NCBI GenBank assembly: GCA_964635905.1
Contig: CAZWPK010000001.1
Location: 224,293-288,292 of the forward strand
DNA length: 64,000 nucleotides
Source: an uncultured Pseudomonadales bacterium
GTDB lineage: Bacteria > Patescibacteriota > Microgenomatia > UBA1400 > UBA12028
Reading direction: 5' to 3'
This document shows positions 26,204 to 36,202 of the stretch, in pieces. Below the pieces are notes generated by a model that worked only from the letters and a program-made list of their open reading frames with translations, had not been told where the DNA came from and searched no databases. How positions within the stretch are numbered: the first letter of the stretch is position 1; each line of letters starts with the position of its first letter. Made by a program: the position numbers and the translations under genes.

Positions 26204-27859
26204 ATGCGTCGAGCTTTTTTTTGTTTTTTATTTCTTAGCTTTTTTACATTTCTTGCATTTCAGTCTGCGTCTCCAGTCTTTGCTGGTCGCACCTGTTGTG
26301 AACGTCGCTATCTACCCAACGGCGCGGTAGATCCTGCTGGCTGTAATGCCTGTACCGAAGGCATTGACACGAAAAACTATGGAGATAGTTGTGGATCTGT
26401 TTCATACCCCTCCTGTCAGGTGTGTCCTGCCAGTCGACCCATAGCCAATGCCTGTGGTGGTGGAGGGAGTACTCCACCTCCAACCGCACCACCCACTGCG
26501 CCCCCACCAGTGTGTACTTGTGAAGCTTGGAAGCCAGCCGAATGTGGAGCTGCAGGAGGTTGTCCATTGGGTCAACGACGCTTGATGCGAACCTGTAGTC
26601 CTTCTGGCTGTCAGACCCAGAGTATGTGTCAGGCGGACCCGACGTGTTCTGCCACAGTAACTTCCACGATTCAAACGGACCCATCGTTAGCAGGGAAGGC
26701 ACCACCACAACGCATCGGTGGATTTGGCGGTGGATACTGTATCTCGGCTGATCCAGGAAGTCCGATTAGTACGGGAAGCATTTCGGCGAAAGACGCAGCT
26801 GGAAAAGTAACGAATGGAACTATTAGTTCTGGTGTCTATACGATTTCGAATCTAGATCCCAAAACCAATGAATACACGATCACCTATGACCCGTTAAATC
26901 CCAACCTCACCTGTACGTGTCCAGCGGGCTGTGTGTATACCGGGAAAAGTGCCCCAACCACAGAAGATTTGAAATTCTTTGTCTCCCCAATGGGAACCTC
27001 GTGGTTCCAGACCATGGGTGGCGACATCGGTGCCTTTGCCTCCGGTGGAACAAGTATTCGCAATCGGATCCCTGACACGTGTACCGAGCCGTGGTGTCAG
27101 CCGTACTTGTCACTTCCCACCACTCCCACACAGCTGCAAACTGTTGGGGCAGTGGTGACGAATCGCGGAGCAAGTATCGATCTGCAAGAACAAGCTGGTA
27201 CCCAAGAATTCTATGTTGGACCGTCTGGAATTAATCGCGTTGCCAAGTTGCCAACCTCACTTGTTTGTCGCGAAAATTATGACTATTTTTACCGGCTCTA
27301 TAGCATGGGAGCAAGTCCCACACTAGACTTTACTAACCCAATCGATGCTAGAAAACCAACCGTGCCTCCACTGAATGGAAAACCCGCCTATTTCTATCAG
27401 GGGAGCGTCCCGCTCACAATTGATTCTCCCTGGCAAGTTTCTGGAAACGAAAGCATCGTGATCTTTGTAAAAGGGAACTTGGTCATCAAAAATACGATCA
27501 AGGTCGCAAACGGAGCATTCCTTTCCTTTATCGTTTCAGGTTCGATTACCATTGATCCAAGTGTAGGGACCACGGACTTTACTAGCGTCTCCGGAGTGGT
27601 TCAGGGAGTGTACATTGCCAATGGCAATATCGTAGTCAACTCGACAGGGGCAGCCGGAACAGACTTAAAATTCGTGGGAGAGGGCATCTTTGCGACTTGC
27701 GGAAGTGTTCGATTACCTCGAGACTACAAGAATGGCGGCAATGGACTGCAGAATAACAAGGTACCCGCCTCGCTCTTTGTGTATCGCCCCGACTTCGTCC
27801 AAAATACGCCCTCAAGGATGAAAGAGAGCCGGATCAACTGGCAAGAAGTTGCGCCCTAA
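26204..27859 (+). CDS. Secreted Cys-rich surface protein sharing a paralogous C-terminal domain with 29920-32823
   Basis: Signal peptide MRRAFFCFLFLSFFTFLAFQSASPVFA, a Cys-rich N-terminal region, and a PPPTAPPTAPPP linker. The C-terminal ~315 aa (from CTCPAGCVY to NWQEVAP) align with the C-terminus of the 967-aa protein. Confidence 0.6.
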   Translation: MRRAFFCFLFLSFFTFLAFQSASPVFAGRTCCERRYLPNGAVDPAGCNACTEGIDTKNYGDSCGSVSYPSCQVCPASRPIANACGGGGSTPPPTAPPTAPPPVCTCEAWKPAECGAAGGCPLGQRRLMRTCSPSGCQTQSMCQADPTCSATVTSTIQTDPSLAGKAPPQRIGGFGGGYCISADPGSPISTGSISAKDAAGKVTNGTISSGVYTISNLDPKTNEYTITYDPLNPNLTCTCPAGCVYTGKSAPTTEDLKFFVSPMGTSWFQTMGGDIGAFASGGTSIRNRIPDTCTEPWCQPYLSLPTTPTQLQTVGAVVTNRGASIDLQEQAGTQEFYVGPSGINRVAKLPTSLVCRENYDYFYRLYSMGASPTLDFTNPIDARKPTVPPLNGKPAYFYQGSVPLTIDSPWQVSGNESIVIFVKGNLVIKNTIKVANGAFLSFIVSGSITIDPSVGTTDFTSVSGVVQGVYIANGNIVVNSTGAAGTDLKFVGEGIFATCGSVRLPRDYKNGGNGLQNNKVPASLFVYRPDFVQNTPSRMKESRINWQEVAP

Positions 27860-27989
27860 TACGTGCTTCTAACGCGTAATTATTGATTTTCCTACAAATG
27901 TGCTAAAATATAGTCTTAATGAAGCGATCTGAGTGCTTAAGCACCCACGAAGTAGATGATCTCTTTGTTACTTACGTAGACAAATAAGT

Positions 27990-28013
27990 AACCGCTCCTG
28001 CGGTTCTTTTTTT
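27990..28013 (+). terminator. Intrinsic terminator
   Basis: AACCGC-tcct-GCGGTT followed by a T-run. A 12-nt perfect palindrome GTGCTTAAGCAC lies upstream at about 27935. Confidence 0.55.
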
Positions 28014-28052
28014 ACCCTACCGCAAGTCTTATAGTAATAGAGTAAAGGTTAT

Positions 28053-29315
28053 ATGGGAAGAGAAGTAGTAAAAGACTTAAAGACATTGAAATCAAATAAC
28101 ATTTTAAGAGATCTACGATACGAGCAAATTTACGCAAACGCTAAACGCGTGCCCGCAGTTCTAGCTGCAGCGGGGGCAACACTCGTTTTTGGATTGTCAG
28201 CTGCTCAAGCAGATGCAGCAAGACCTCAAGATATTTCCAAAGCTCTCAAATCAAGTCCGGAGCACACTAGCATTATGGCTCCCGGAGCTGACTTTGCAGA
28301 GAAGTTTTTCTTGCGACCTGAGTATCAAGGCGGAGGCCCTTTTATTGGCTCTGTTACCATTACAACGGAGGGAAATGCTGGGGCAAACATTCGTACAGCA
28401 CCTGTTTCCGGTGAGATTATCATGGTAGCCCCCAATGGAACTCAGTTTAACGTGTTAGAGGTAAGCTCGGATGGATGGTACAAGATTCAATTAGCAGATG
28501 GGCAAATCGGGTGGGTTTCAGCTACACTCGGTATTTTTTCTGCACAACCTGTTGCAGCTCCTGAACCTGGTACAGACCCCGCTACAAGAGAACCTCAAGG
28601 TGGTGCTGCCACATTGGAGTCTCCCATCATCCCCGGGCCTGATGGTATTCCTACGCCATCGTTCCTAACTCCAGGACAGGTGATAGGACCAATGAGTGCC
28701 TTTGGATACCCTGAAATCCAGCATGTAATACAAGCGCATCCGGACTGGTTTGAACCAGCAGATTCCTCCCCAGAGTTAACGGGGACAGGTTTTACTCAAT
28801 CAATGGTGCTCGAAGGTGTTCTTCGAGGATGTAGTGTAGAGCAAACAACGTATAATGACCAATTGTATTGTGTGATCAAAGTTCAATCTGGGAATCCGCA
28901 TGGGATCCCAAGTTTCTTCCTTATTTTTCGCAATACGATTGTGGATGGTCAAATGGGAGGCAATGTTGGTGTGATCCAAAATGGACAAGCGATCACCATA
29001 AACGATGCAGAAGAAGTACGGGACCGTTATACTCAGGCTCCTGCAATGACTCGAGTTCGAATAGAATTTCGTCCTAGTGCGTTTCGTGGGACAGACGTTT
29101 ACGGGGAGCTAGATGCAGCGCTGATGACAGCCGCGATCGAGAATCTTAGAATTGCAATTGAAACTGGGACCCCGATTGCGTCTCTAGACGTAACGGGAAT
29201 CATTCAAGATTTAGCGCAACGACGAAATGTGCCGGTAGATGATCTCCAAAATTTTGCTGGGCATTTGATCTCTGGGTTACCAGTTGGATTCCGCACATCG
29301 TTAGTCCTGTCGTAA
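28053..29315 (+). CDS. Secreted protein with bacterial SH3 (SH3b) domain
   Basis: N-terminal signal/TM (VPAVLAAAGATLVFGLSAAQADA). SH3b-like segment NIRTAPVSGEIIMVAPNGTQFNVLEVSSDGWYKIQLADGQIGWVSATL. Confidence 0.55.
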   Translation: MGREVVKDLKTLKSNNILRDLRYEQIYANAKRVPAVLAAAGATLVFGLSAAQADAARPQDISKALKSSPEHTSIMAPGADFAEKFFLRPEYQGGGPFIGSVTITTEGNAGANIRTAPVSGEIIMVAPNGTQFNVLEVSSDGWYKIQLADGQIGWVSATLGIFSAQPVAAPEPGTDPATREPQGGAATLESPIIPGPDGIPTPSFLTPGQVIGPMSAFGYPEIQHVIQAHPDWFEPADSSPELTGTGFTQSMVLEGVLRGCSVEQTTYNDQLYCVIKVQSGNPHGIPSFFLIFRNTIVDGQMGGNVGVIQNGQAITINDAEEVRDRYTQAPAMTRVRIEFRPSAFRGTDVYGELDAALMTAAIENLRIAIETGTPIASLDVTGIIQDLAQRRNVPVDDLQNFAGHLISGLPVGFRTSLVLS

Positions 29316-29374
29316 CCGTGCTGGTACGAAGCTCTCTTGAATTCTGAAGTAGAACACGCTACTTTATAAGGAGT

Positions 29375-29923
29375 ATGGTTGTTTCAAAATCGCTAGTAGC
29401 GGTTGGAGGTTTTTTTATCGTATTAGCGTTGGTCATTTCCGGTGTGTTTTTTTTCTTATCTAGACCAAAAACAACTACTGTTCCCACCAGTCTGAATGCT
29501 CAACCTTCAAGCAGTAATTCAAAGTATAAAGTCACTAAGCTCTCTGTAGATGATTCTAGCTACCTCTACATTATAGAAGGGAAGTTTACTCAAAACTTAA
29601 ATAACCTTGGTTCCTTATCTCGATCTACATTTTTGATTGATGGCGAATCAACGAATGAAATCATGGTGACGTTTCCTGCCGAGGCATCTAGTTTTTTTGT
29701 CGGAACGAAAAATGCCAAGGGTGGGATGGAATGGGAAAATCAACCGTTTTCTGCGGTCAAATCTAGAATTTTTCCTGGAGCAACACTTCAACTGCGCATG
29801 CAACTCTCCGCAACTACTCCAGAACATGAACAGCAAATGAAGACGTTAGACGAACTTATTAAAGCTTCTGAAATAAAGCCAACGTACTATGCTATTCAGC
29901 CAGATGGGATTGGTTTCTTATGA
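29375..29923 (+). CDS. hypothetical membrane-anchored protein
   Basis: N-terminal TM helix LVAVGGFFIVLALVISGVFFFL, 182 aa. The stop overlaps the start of the downstream 967-aa gene. Confidence 0.45.
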   Translation: MVVSKSLVAVGGFFIVLALVISGVFFFLSRPKTTTVPTSLNAQPSSSNSKYKVTKLSVDDSSYLYIIEGKFTQNLNNLGSLSRSTFLIDGESTNEIMVTFPAEASSFFVGTKNAKGGMEWENQPFSAVKSRIFPGATLQLRMQLSATTPEHEQQMKTLDELIKASEIKPTYYAIQPDGIGFL

Positions 29924-32823
29924 TTCGATCAATCCTCATAGGAACTATGTTTTTTGTTTTCGCATCTTTTCTGAAGCCCGAAACGATTTTTGCCCAAGTC
30001 TGTGCACCTACCCGAATTATTAATCAATATGCCTGTGTAACACTGGGCCAGACCTGCAATAACTGGGAACCTCGGTGTGCTTGGTCTGGAGAAAGATGTG
30101 GTCTCGGCGACTTGGGGCGAGCTACTGGAGTCTGCGGCGATCCTGGTGATGGAGTGTGTACCAACTACTGTACCAGCTATACCCCAACGGGTCCTCCCAC
30201 GTGCCGTAACACGGGAACACAGGTAGTGGCATGTTCTGCCGCTGCCGCTGGCTGTTCTTGGACTAATCAAATTATCGATTGTAACGGAGGAACGAGTGGA
30301 GGAACTGGTCAATGTACCGAATCCTCTGTAGGCGTAACCTACCAGTGTTGGGTTGTGGGTGGGGGAACTCCCGGACCGACTGGCGGTGGTGGCGGTGGAG
30401 GAGGCTCTTGGGGCGGATGTGGTTCGTGTGGATCGTGTCCGCCATTTGGTGGGAGTAGTCAGTGTGTGCAAGCTCCCGATGGAACCTGTCGCTGGGATCC
30501 AACCTCGTGTGGAGGTGGCTCCACGTGTGCTTCCGCTGGTCAGGGTTGTGGTGGCTGGGCGGATACCACAACGTGTTGTTCCGGCCTAACCTGCAACTGG
30601 CTACCCGGTGATGCAGGATATAGTTGCGGAGATTGTCGAAGTCCACAAGTGATTGCGCGCTATTGTGGAACGGATCCTTCCTTGTGGTGTGGCCAAAACT
30701 ACATTTGTAATAACGGCAATTTCACCTGTCCGAATGCACAGTCGTTTGAAATTCCTTCGGCACCGACTGGAATGACACCTGCAGATGGTGCCATTGTTAC
30801 AAGCACAGGCAGCCCGAGTACGCAGCTTCGCTGCAATGCAGCCTGTTCCGATGACTATGACTGTGGAGCAAACCGAGTCGAAGCACGACTCAATCGCGGT
30901 AGTTTTGCGGTAAACCCCTATACGTATTTTAGATTTATTGGATTTTTGGAAAACAGCGCACTCATCTCCATTGGGTCGTCTCCAAGTACATTGAATCCGC
31001 GCATGACCTACCGGCCTCCTGGTGTGTTCACAACGGGAGTGGCTGGTGGATATCCCGTTCAATATACAACGACGCAGGGAGCGGGCGTAAACATGGCCTC
31101 AGGGACAACTTCTGTGGGGGTATCAGGCTATCGTGATGCGACGGGCTCACTGGTTGATTTCTTTATCAATGGCGCCTTTAAGCAAAACATCAACTTCAAT
31201 TCCGTGATGACTGGACAACCGCAAGGGGACTACCGGGTGAGTTTTGCCGCGGGAGCTGAAAAACCGTTTGCCTGTTCTTCCGGTGTGTGTCGATTACGCG
31301 CAAACGTATCCGATGCAACGTGTGCGGGATCTCCATCATCCACTGAAAAATTTGTGCAGTTGTCCTGGAATCCCGGGCCTTCCAATAGTTCTGGTCCTAT
31401 CTATCGAGAGTGGGAAGTCCAGGTGGTACCCGAAGGATCTAACTGTAACAATCCTGCTTCCTTCTGTGGTACAGTGCTCAAACCTTCCTATCGATTCGTG
31501 CCCAGTGCGGCTTTCTCGCGTTACTCTTGGTCAGTGCGAACGATCAATGATGTTTGTACCTATCAGGGAGCCCCACGCGTCAATGGTCGCTGGAGTGTCC
31601 CTCATTTGTTTGTGGTAGAGGATAAAGTCGATTTTGGTTCCACCATTAACATGGATAACTCTCGAACTGCCTTAGTTGTGGGTGGTGTTTGTACCACGTC
31701 CGGTGTCCCTGCTGCGTATACCGGCGGAGGGAACGTGACAATTACCAAAGCCCCATTCACACAGACAGTCCCAGTGTCCACGACGAATGGATCCTATTCC
31801 TTTACCCAAGTCGATCGAGGAACTGGGTATAACGTCAGTTTACAGTTAACGCAGCCACCCGTCGGACAACCACAACTAGTCTGTACCTGTCCCGTTGGCT
31901 GTACGTACAGCAATGTCAGTGTTCCCCAGAATTTACCTTTTTACGTCAGCCAGGTGGCCATGCCATGGTTCCAGACGCAAGGTGCAGATATTGCTGCCTT
32001 AACTTCTGGAAGCGGTGTGAGTATGCAAGATCCGATCGCGCCATTGCTATTAAATGGGGCCAAAATTTCCAAGCCATTTGATTCTTCAAATTACGCGACG
32101 ATTGGACAGTACACCCAAGGTGCATTAGTCGTGCAACGCTCATCGATCGTGGACTTAGATTCTGCCGCAGGAAATCAAGAAACGAATATCTCGGATCCCA
32201 ACCGTCTGGTTCGGACCTCGTACTCCAATGTCTGTAAAGAAAATTACGATTATTTTTATCGAAAGTTTAGTTTGGGGGTGAACCCCGCCAATGACATTAC
32301 CTCTCTGAACGGTGCGAACGCTCCGGTCTCGGATAAGCCTAATGGTAAAAACGCCTACTATGTAGCGTCAGATTTGAGTGTGAACTCGAATTGGTCATTA
32401 ACGGGTAATCGGAAGATGGTCATCTTTGTGAACGGTGATCTCACCATCAATGCCAATATTACTGTCGCCAACAGCGCCTTCCTAGCCTTCATCGTCAAAG
32501 GAAATATCATCGTGTCGCCCACCGTCGGAACTTCAGACGTGAGTCAAACAGGGAATGGTCAAGTTCAAGGTGTGTATATTGCCAACGGAAATTTGACGGT
32601 ACAGAGTGCAGGAGCAGCTGGGACAGATCTTAAATTTATCGGAGAAGGTGTGTTTGCAGTCTGCGGAAACGTCCGACTTCCACGTGATTTTAAAAATGGA
32701 GGCGACCCTTCCCGCAATAACTTGAGCCCAACCTCACTCTTTATCTACCGACCGGATCTGCTTTCCAATACTCCAGACCTAATGAAAGATAACTTGAGTA
32801 ACTGGAAAGAGATCGCTCCCTAA
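29920..32823 (+). CDS. Large secreted Cys-rich surface protein (967 aa) with poly-Gly tract and paralogous C-terminal domain
   Basis: A signal peptide, numerous CxxC/Cys pairs, G8 and GSCGSC tracts. The C-terminal ~315 aa (from CTCPVGCTY to NWKEIAP) are paralogous to the C-terminus of 26204-27859, including shared blocks ENYDYFYR, VQGVYIANGN, AAGTDLKF and VRLPRD. Confidence 0.6.
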   Translation: MIRSILIGTMFFVFASFLKPETIFAQVCAPTRIINQYACVTLGQTCNNWEPRCAWSGERCGLGDLGRATGVCGDPGDGVCTNYCTSYTPTGPPTCRNTGTQVVACSAAAAGCSWTNQIIDCNGGTSGGTGQCTESSVGVTYQCWVVGGGTPGPTGGGGGGGGSWGGCGSCGSCPPFGGSSQCVQAPDGTCRWDPTSCGGGSTCASAGQGCGGWADTTTCCSGLTCNWLPGDAGYSCGDCRSPQVIARYCGTDPSLWCGQNYICNNGNFTCPNAQSFEIPSAPTGMTPADGAIVTSTGSPSTQLRCNAACSDDYDCGANRVEARLNRGSFAVNPYTYFRFIGFLENSALISIGSSPSTLNPRMTYRPPGVFTTGVAGGYPVQYTTTQGAGVNMASGTTSVGVSGYRDATGSLVDFFINGAFKQNINFNSVMTGQPQGDYRVSFAAGAEKPFACSSGVCRLRANVSDATCAGSPSSTEKFVQLSWNPGPSNSSGPIYREWEVQVVPEGSNCNNPASFCGTVLKPSYRFVPSAAFSRYSWSVRTINDVCTYQGAPRVNGRWSVPHLFVVEDKVDFGSTINMDNSRTALVVGGVCTTSGVPAAYTGGGNVTITKAPFTQTVPVSTTNGSYSFTQVDRGTGYNVSLQLTQPPVGQPQLVCTCPVGCTYSNVSVPQNLPFYVSQVAMPWFQTQGADIAALTSGSGVSMQDPIAPLLLNGAKISKPFDSSNYATIGQYTQGALVVQRSSIVDLDSAAGNQETNISDPNRLVRTSYSNVCKENYDYFYRKFSLGVNPANDITSLNGANAPVSDKPNGKNAYYVASDLSVNSNWSLTGNRKMVIFVNGDLTINANITVANSAFLAFIVKGNIIVSPTVGTSDVSQTGNGQVQGVYIANGNLTVQSAGAAGTDLKFIGEGVFAVCGNVRLPRDFKNGGDPSRNNLSPTSLFIYRPDLLSNTPDLMKDNLSNWKEIAP

Positions 32824-33023
32824 TCGGTCCATCCACGGATGCCTAACTGTTGTTGTTACCCTCAGGATGATGGTGTAGTTTCTATTATTCTTCCCAAGTG
32901 TTGTCCAGCTCATCGCTGCTTTAAAACTGCACAGAGTCCCCAAGCAGTAATCCATTGCAGTGCGTTGGAGAGGTGGGAGAGCACGTAGGGAACGCAAGGC
33001 ATCAGAGAGTTTGAAACTACCTG

Positions 33024-33812
33024 TTATGGTTCCGGGAGAAAATGGGGCTGATTGGAAAACGCTGGTTCTCCATATAACTCATTCCAAATAGTCCAGAGGT
33101 GGTTGGACTGCGGACTCTGGGAGAATCCTACCCAGGCATCAAATTCCGATTCAGATGTCGCTTGCTGGGATAGGTAACCGTACACCACCCGACTGCCAAT
33201 ATTCAAACGAGGTTCGTAGCGATAGAGCTTGGATCCTGCAATCGCCAGTGATGAAGGGAAGGTCCGTTCTGTTCGGATACCTTCTCTAAGGATAATCGCA
33301 AGTTGTTTGATTTGTGATGCAAGGGTGGGCTCTGATCGCTTGAGCATGTTCGATACTGGTGCATTCGTTGCATTCCAAATTTCCGGAGACTGTAACCGCA
33401 TGAACGCAATCAAAATTTTGGGTTGAATCCGAGTATTTATGGAAGTGTAACTGAGAATCTCAGCCAAGGTATAACGCGTTTGTTGCGGTGTCGTTTGCAT
33501 CGTTCCATCAAGATCCGTAAAAAAGGTCGGAGAAACTGTTTCGGTATAGTTTTTTAAGTTTACGTTTGCAGACCGTTGTAAGATCTTTTCTGTGGAATAC
33601 ACGAGATACGGAGGAAGACTAATTCCTTTTGGTGTGGGAGTACATTCATGTGAAAACTGGACATTACAGTCATCCAGGAGAACAGGCAAGATCACTTGAG
33701 AATCTTGAGCACGAATCTGTGGATCAATCGTTTCTGACTTCCGCAGTGTATACACAACAATTGCCATCGACAAAAAGGCAAAAAACGCAAAGACTATTCC
33801 AATCGTTTTCAT
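33024..33812 (-). CDS. hypothetical membrane-anchored/secreted protein
   Basis: N-terminal TM MKTIGIVFAFFAFLSMAIVVYTL, 262 aa. Confidence 0.45.
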   Translation of the reverse strand: MKTIGIVFAFFAFLSMAIVVYTLRKSETIDPQIRAQDSQVILPVLLDDCNVQFSHECTPTPKGISLPPYLVYSTEKILQRSANVNLKNYTETVSPTFFTDLDGTMQTTPQQTRYTLAEILSYTSINTRIQPKILIAFMRLQSPEIWNATNAPVSNMLKRSEPTLASQIKQLAIILREGIRTERTFPSSLAIAGSKLYRYEPRLNIGSRVVYGYLSQQATSESEFDAWVGFSQSPQSNHLWTIWNELYGEPAFSNQPHFLPEP

Positions 33813-33912
33813 ACCTTAAGCATACGCAGAATGGATCTAGCTTTCAATATCATGGAAAGAAGAGGAAAACTTATCTTGCTCTTCTCTCCAAATTGCTTTA
33901 ATCTTATTAGAT

Positions 33913-34908
33913 ATGAGTGCACCATCCAAATCTAAACCAACCTCATCCAAGTCTAAAACTTCTTCTGACATTCCAGTTGTTAATGTCTTCGATGAAGAAG
34001 TCAAAGAAACGACACCAGCTCCACGACGTTCGGTTGTCGTAGAAATTGAAGATGTTCCTCCTCAAGCTCCAGAACAACCGGTAGCAGCGCAGCCGCAAAC
34101 CTTGCCAACCCCAACGGAGATTTCTGTCGATCCTGCCCATGACACGACCGTTGCCACCGCAGAACCAGAAGTCTCTTTTGCACCCCCATTAGAAGCACCA
34201 GCTGCCCCCAGTGCTCCTGTACCGGACGTGGTACAACCCAACGAACCTGCACTGCCATCCTTTTTCGAGCACGATCTCAAAGGTGAAGTTGCAGCTCCCG
34301 CCGCACAAGCGCCCAGCGTCTCCTTTGACTTGCCGCAGGCTTCTTCGGAAGGTTCGATGAATTCTGGTGTGGTCCCACAGGCCGTCGTCGGTGAAATTCA
34401 TGAGATCAACGACGGTGGAAATTCGAAGAAAATCATCGGCATCATCTTAATGTTGATTGCAGTCGTTCTTTTAGGTGTTGGTGCCTTTGTTGTCTATTCC
34501 AAGACGCAGTCAAGTTCCAATGAGCCAGCCCCAACCCCAATGATTCAACCAACAGCCACCCCAACTCCAGTTCCGTCTGCTACGCCACAAGCTAGTGACA
34601 GTGCGTCGTTGGTCGCAACTAATAGCGCCGAATTTATCGCCTTAAAGAAGAAATACAAAGTGGATGTGCTCAATGGAACGAAGGTCGCTGGACTTGCCAG
34701 TAAGCAAGCCGCCTTGGTAAAGAAAGAAGGCTATACCACGGGAACCGTTGGAAATGGTGATGAGGAAAAAGCAGGAACTATTACTGTTCCCGCGACAGCC
34801 GCAGCGCTTGCTAAAGATTTGCAACGCATCCTAGCGGACTTTACCTTCACGATAACCGAAGATACAAAAGCGACGAGCATTACAGTCACCTTGGGTGAAC
34901 CGAACTAA
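33913..34908 (+). CDS. Membrane protein with disordered Pro/Ala-rich N-terminus and C-terminal LytR_C-like domain
   Basis: Central TM IIGIILMLIAVVLLGVGAFVVY. The C-terminus (KVDVLNGTKVAGLASKQAALVKKEGY...ITV) resembles the LytR/CpsA/Psr C-terminal domain. Confidence 0.5.
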   Translation: MSAPSKSKPTSSKSKTSSDIPVVNVFDEEVKETTPAPRRSVVVEIEDVPPQAPEQPVAAQPQTLPTPTEISVDPAHDTTVATAEPEVSFAPPLEAPAAPSAPVPDVVQPNEPALPSFFEHDLKGEVAAPAAQAPSVSFDLPQASSEGSMNSGVVPQAVVGEIHEINDGGNSKKIIGIILMLIAVVLLGVGAFVVYSKTQSSSNEPAPTPMIQPTATPTPVPSATPQASDSASLVATNSAEFIALKKKYKVDVLNGTKVAGLASKQAALVKKEGYTTGTVGNGDEEKAGTITVPATAAALAKDLQRILADFTFTITEDTKATSITVTLGEPN

Positions 34909-34926
34909 TCAACTGAAGCTGCAACA

Positions 34927-34956
34927 AAAAGCCCTGTGAGAACGGGGCTTTTTTAC
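34927..34956. terminator. Bidirectional hairpin terminator between convergent genes
   Basis: AAAAA-GCCCTGTGAGAACGGGGC-TTTTTT, with an A-run on one side and a T-run on the other. Confidence 0.5.
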
Positions 34957-35594
34957 TGGCTGTTTATTACTCCGAGGCGCGGACACAAGTGTGCGATCGG
35001 ACACCGGCTACAGTGTGGGGACCGAGGAAGACAGAGCGTTTGTCCATGGGCCACAAACACTCGGTTCACGATGGCATGAAACCGCGGTGGGATTAGACGC
35101 GTGAGCGCAATTTCGGTATCCAACACCGTCGTGGTGGTCACCCAGCCCAACCGATGGGTAATCCGATGCACATGGATATCCACAGCGATTTGGGGCGTAT
35201 TAAAACACGAGGTCAGGACAATATTGGCTGTCTTTCGACCCACGCCAGGGAGGGAGAGTAAATCAGCTTCCAACGATGGCACCTTCCCATCGTATTTTTC
35301 AATCAAGATTTTACTGATGGCTTTAATCGCAGCTGCTTTTCCCACATAAAAACCTGCGGGTTTGATCAATTGTTGGATCTGTTCAAGCGTGGCATGATCC
35401 ATTGCTTGTGGCGTGGGGTAGTGCGAAAAAAGACGCGAGGCAAGCGGGACGACAACTTGATCACGGGATCGCTGGGACAGGAGCACTGCAATTAAGAGAT
35501 GAAAGGGATCATGGCCATGAATCTCGTGCATGGGTAAGGAAGGATAGGTTTGATCCAAGATCGACAACACGGTTTCAATCGTTGACTTCCGCAT
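34953..35594 (-). CDS. nth: Endonuclease III (DNA glycosylase/AP lyase)
   Basis: HhH-GPD LPGVGRKTANIVL and the 4Fe-4S cluster C-x6-C-x2-C-x5-C (CLPRSPHCSRCPIAHLC). Confidence 0.85.
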   Translation of the reverse strand: MRKSTIETVLSILDQTYPSLPMHEIHGHDPFHLLIAVLLSQRSRDQVVVPLASRLFSHYPTPQAMDHATLEQIQQLIKPAGFYVGKAAAIKAISKILIEKYDGKVPSLEADLLSLPGVGRKTANIVLTSCFNTPQIAVDIHVHRITHRLGWVTTTTVLDTEIALTRLIPPRFHAIVNRVFVAHGQTLCLPRSPHCSRCPIAHLCPRLGVINSQ

Positions 35595-35617
35595 GGACTC
35601 ATTCTAGCATCGAGCTC

Positions 35618-36202
35618 ATGGAAACTTTGCTCTTTGCGACCGGTAATCCCGGGAAAATCAATGAACTACTTGCGTTATTTGACCATGATCAGGTAAACAT
35701 TAAGACACTCAAAGATCTAGAAACAACAATCCCCGAACCAGAAGAAACGGGGGCAACCTTTGAAGAGAATGCCATTTTGAAAGCACAGTACTACTCCAAA
35801 CACTCTGGCTTACCAACGTTGGCCGATGATTCGGGCCTGGAAGTAGATGCCCTAGAGAAACGACCGGGAGTCTATTCTGCACGGTATATCGACGGGACAG
35901 ATGCAGATCGTAGCAACAAGATCCTGCACGAGCTTGAAGGAGTAAGAGAGCGTCAAGCATGCTTTGTCTGTGTACTCGCCTATGTTCCGCTTCAAGGTGA
36001 ACCACAAACCTTTCGTGGAAGTTGTGAGGGGAGAATCGGTTTTGCGATCCAAGGTGGGCAGGGGTTTGGCTACGATCCGATCTTTATTCCCACAGGCTAC
36101 ACCCAATCCTTTGGTGAATTGGGAAGTGACATCAAAAATACCTTGAGCCATCGTCATCAAGCAATGGAAGCATTTTCATCCTGGTATAGAAAGCAACTTT
36201 AA
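35618..36202 (+). CDS. rdgB: Non-canonical purine NTP pyrophosphatase (RdgB/HAM1)
   Basis: ATGNPGKINEL, ADDSGLEVDAL, FGYDPIF. The start is set at ATG 35618; the ORF-track N-terminal extension from 35402 overlaps nth on the opposite strand and is rejected. Confidence 0.8.
   Translation: METLLFATGNPGKINELLALFDHDQVNIKTLKDLETTIPEPEETGATFEENAILKAQYYSKHSGLPTLADDSGLEVDALEKRPGVYSARYIDGTDADRSNKILHELEGVRERQACFVCVLAYVPLQGEPQTFRGSCEGRIGFAIQGGQGFGYDPIFIPTGYTQSFGELGSDIKNTLSHRHQAMEAFSSWYRKQL

Noticed and set aside
30370-30430. GGC/GGT-rich tandem repeat
   Set aside because: It lies in-frame inside the 967-aa secreted protein and encodes a poly-Gly linker (TGGGGGGGGSWGG). It is a low-complexity coding segment, not a non-coding repeat or CRISPR-like array.
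35402-35617. N-terminal extension of the rdgB ORF in the ORF track
   Set aside because: It overlaps nth on the opposite strand for over 190 nt. Conserved RdgB sequence starts at METLLFATGNPGK (ATG 35618).
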